A DNA stretch of 64,000 bases from an uncultured Clostridia bacterium (GTDB lineage: Bacteria > Bacillota > Clostridia > Oscillospirales > Acutalibacteraceae): assembly GCA_947631945.1 (NCBI GenBank), contig CANRNI010000001.1, forward strand, positions 91,331 through 155,330, written 5' to 3'. Made by a program: the position numbers and the translations under genes. The notes beneath the pieces are model-generated. The model did no database searches. It worked only from the letters and a program-made list of their open reading frames with translations, and had not been told where the DNA came from. Shown here one piece after another: positions 63,165 through 64,000 of this stretch (positions are counted from its first letter, which is position 1; every line of letters starts with the position of its first letter).

Positions 63165-63833
63165 ATGAAATATTTATATGAAACGCATTTTCACACGGCG
63201 GAGGTAAGTCCGTGCGGACAGGTTCGCGCTAAAGACGGTATAGAGGCATATAAAAACGCCGGATATTCGGGAGCCCTTATAACAGACCATTTCGCTTCGA
63301 GCTATCTCGAAAATAAATATAAGGGAGAAACTTGGAGGGATAAGATAGATTATTATCTTAACGGCTACCGTACCGCGAAAAAATATGAAACCGAGGATTT
63401 CTCGGTAATGTTAGGTCTTGAGTTAAGATTTAATGATAACGGTAACGATTATCTCATACTTGGAGCCGACGAAGATTTCTTTTATAATAACGAATGGTTT
63501 ACAAATCTTACGCTCAAGCAGTTCAAGGCTTTCGCGGAGAAAAATTCTCTGACGGTAATACAGGCTCATCCGTTCAGAGTTAATATGACGCTCACCGACC
63601 CGAGATATATAGACGGCATAGAGGTTTTCAACGGTAACAAAAGACATAACTCGTCAAACGATATCGCGGCTCTCTGGGCTGAAAAGTATTCTCTTATAAT
63701 GACCTCCGGCTCCGATTTTCATGAGACTGAGGATCTCGCCCGAGGCGGGATATATCTCGAACAGCCCGTAAAAACCTCAAAGGAACTCAGAAAGGCGGTT
63801 CTGTCGGGTAAATATTCATTAAAAACTCTTTGA
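63165..63833 (+). CDS. PHP-domain metal-dependent phosphoesterase
   Basis: N-terminal ETHFHT (HxH), AHPFR, and C-terminal GSDFH motifs typical of the PHP fold. Confidence 0.75.
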   Translation: MKYLYETHFHTAEVSPCGQVRAKDGIEAYKNAGYSGALITDHFASSYLENKYKGETWRDKIDYYLNGYRTAKKYETEDFSVMLGLELRFNDNGNDYLILGADEDFFYNNEWFTNLTLKQFKAFAEKNSLTVIQAHPFRVNMTLTDPRYIDGIEVFNGNKRHNSSNDIAALWAEKYSLIMTSGSDFHETEDLARGGIYLEQPVKTSKELRKAVLSGKYSLKTL

Positions 63834-63841
63834 ATGGAAGA

Positions 63842-64000
63842 TTACGAAAAGAATTGCAACGCAAGCTTTTTCACTTTACCGACTTCATCTTTATGTAAAG
63901 TTGTTCGCTTGTCGGTGTCCGTGAAAAAGTAAGAGCCGAAAAATTCTGTCGAAAGCTCTGAAAACGCGATTTTGCTCTGTTTTTCAATAACCTCAATTGA
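63842..64000 (-). CDS. C-terminal fragment of an unidentified gene (continues beyond the window)
   Basis: The minus-strand frame is open for 52 codons (..SIEVIEKQSKIAFSELSTEFFGSYFFTDTDKRTTLHKDEVGKVKKLALQFFS-stop) and convergent with the PHP gene. It is below the ORF-track size cutoff. Confidence 0.35.
   Translation of the reverse strand, partial: SIEVIEKQSKIAFSELSTEFFGSYFFTDTDKRTTLHKDEVGKVKKLALQFFS

Overview
This 64-kb window looks like a chromosomal segment of a moderate-GC anaerobic Firmicute. I infer Clostridia from a dockerin-bearing lysin, ytvI and the gene order, but no rRNA or tRNA is present to confirm this. Most of it is housekeeping. On the minus strand lies the conserved pyrH-frr-uppS-cdsA-dxr-rseP-ispG cluster, followed by dapB-dapA-asd and queA. 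A complete aromatic amino-acid operon follows (tyrA-aroB-aroA-aroC-pheA-aroE/K fusion-aroQ). On the plus strand there is a myo-inositol catabolic operon (iolJ-iolC-sanA-iolB-iolD-iolE-iolA-iolG). Carbohydrate-active enzymes are scattered through the window (GH5, GH25, GH43, GH29). There is a NatAB-like ABC pair, an sdpR-sdpI module, and a putative cobalamin-riboswitch-controlled ECF transporter operon with three extracytoplasmic proteins. The right end carries a lipid-handling cluster (acyl-CoA ligase, acyltransferase, patatin) and a J-domain/Cys-rich pair. Four things are not explained by the gene track. (1) A dense family of roughly 180-bp MITE-like elements bounded by terminal inverted repeats (TIRs) has at least 18 copies or fragments, modular termini, and TTAA junctions that often coincide with TAA stop codons. 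(2) One such element sits between a consensus promoter and the B12 riboswitch. (3) A dinJ-yafQ cassette is bracketed by a perfect 30-bp duplication of the queA 3' end. (4) Two unusual heptamer-built structures occur: a palindromic array between pyrH and frr, and a long inverted repeat around an AT-rich core upstream of the iol operon. No integrase, transposase, CRISPR array or recognisable defence island was seen. All protein family calls rest on motif recognition by eye, not on database searches.
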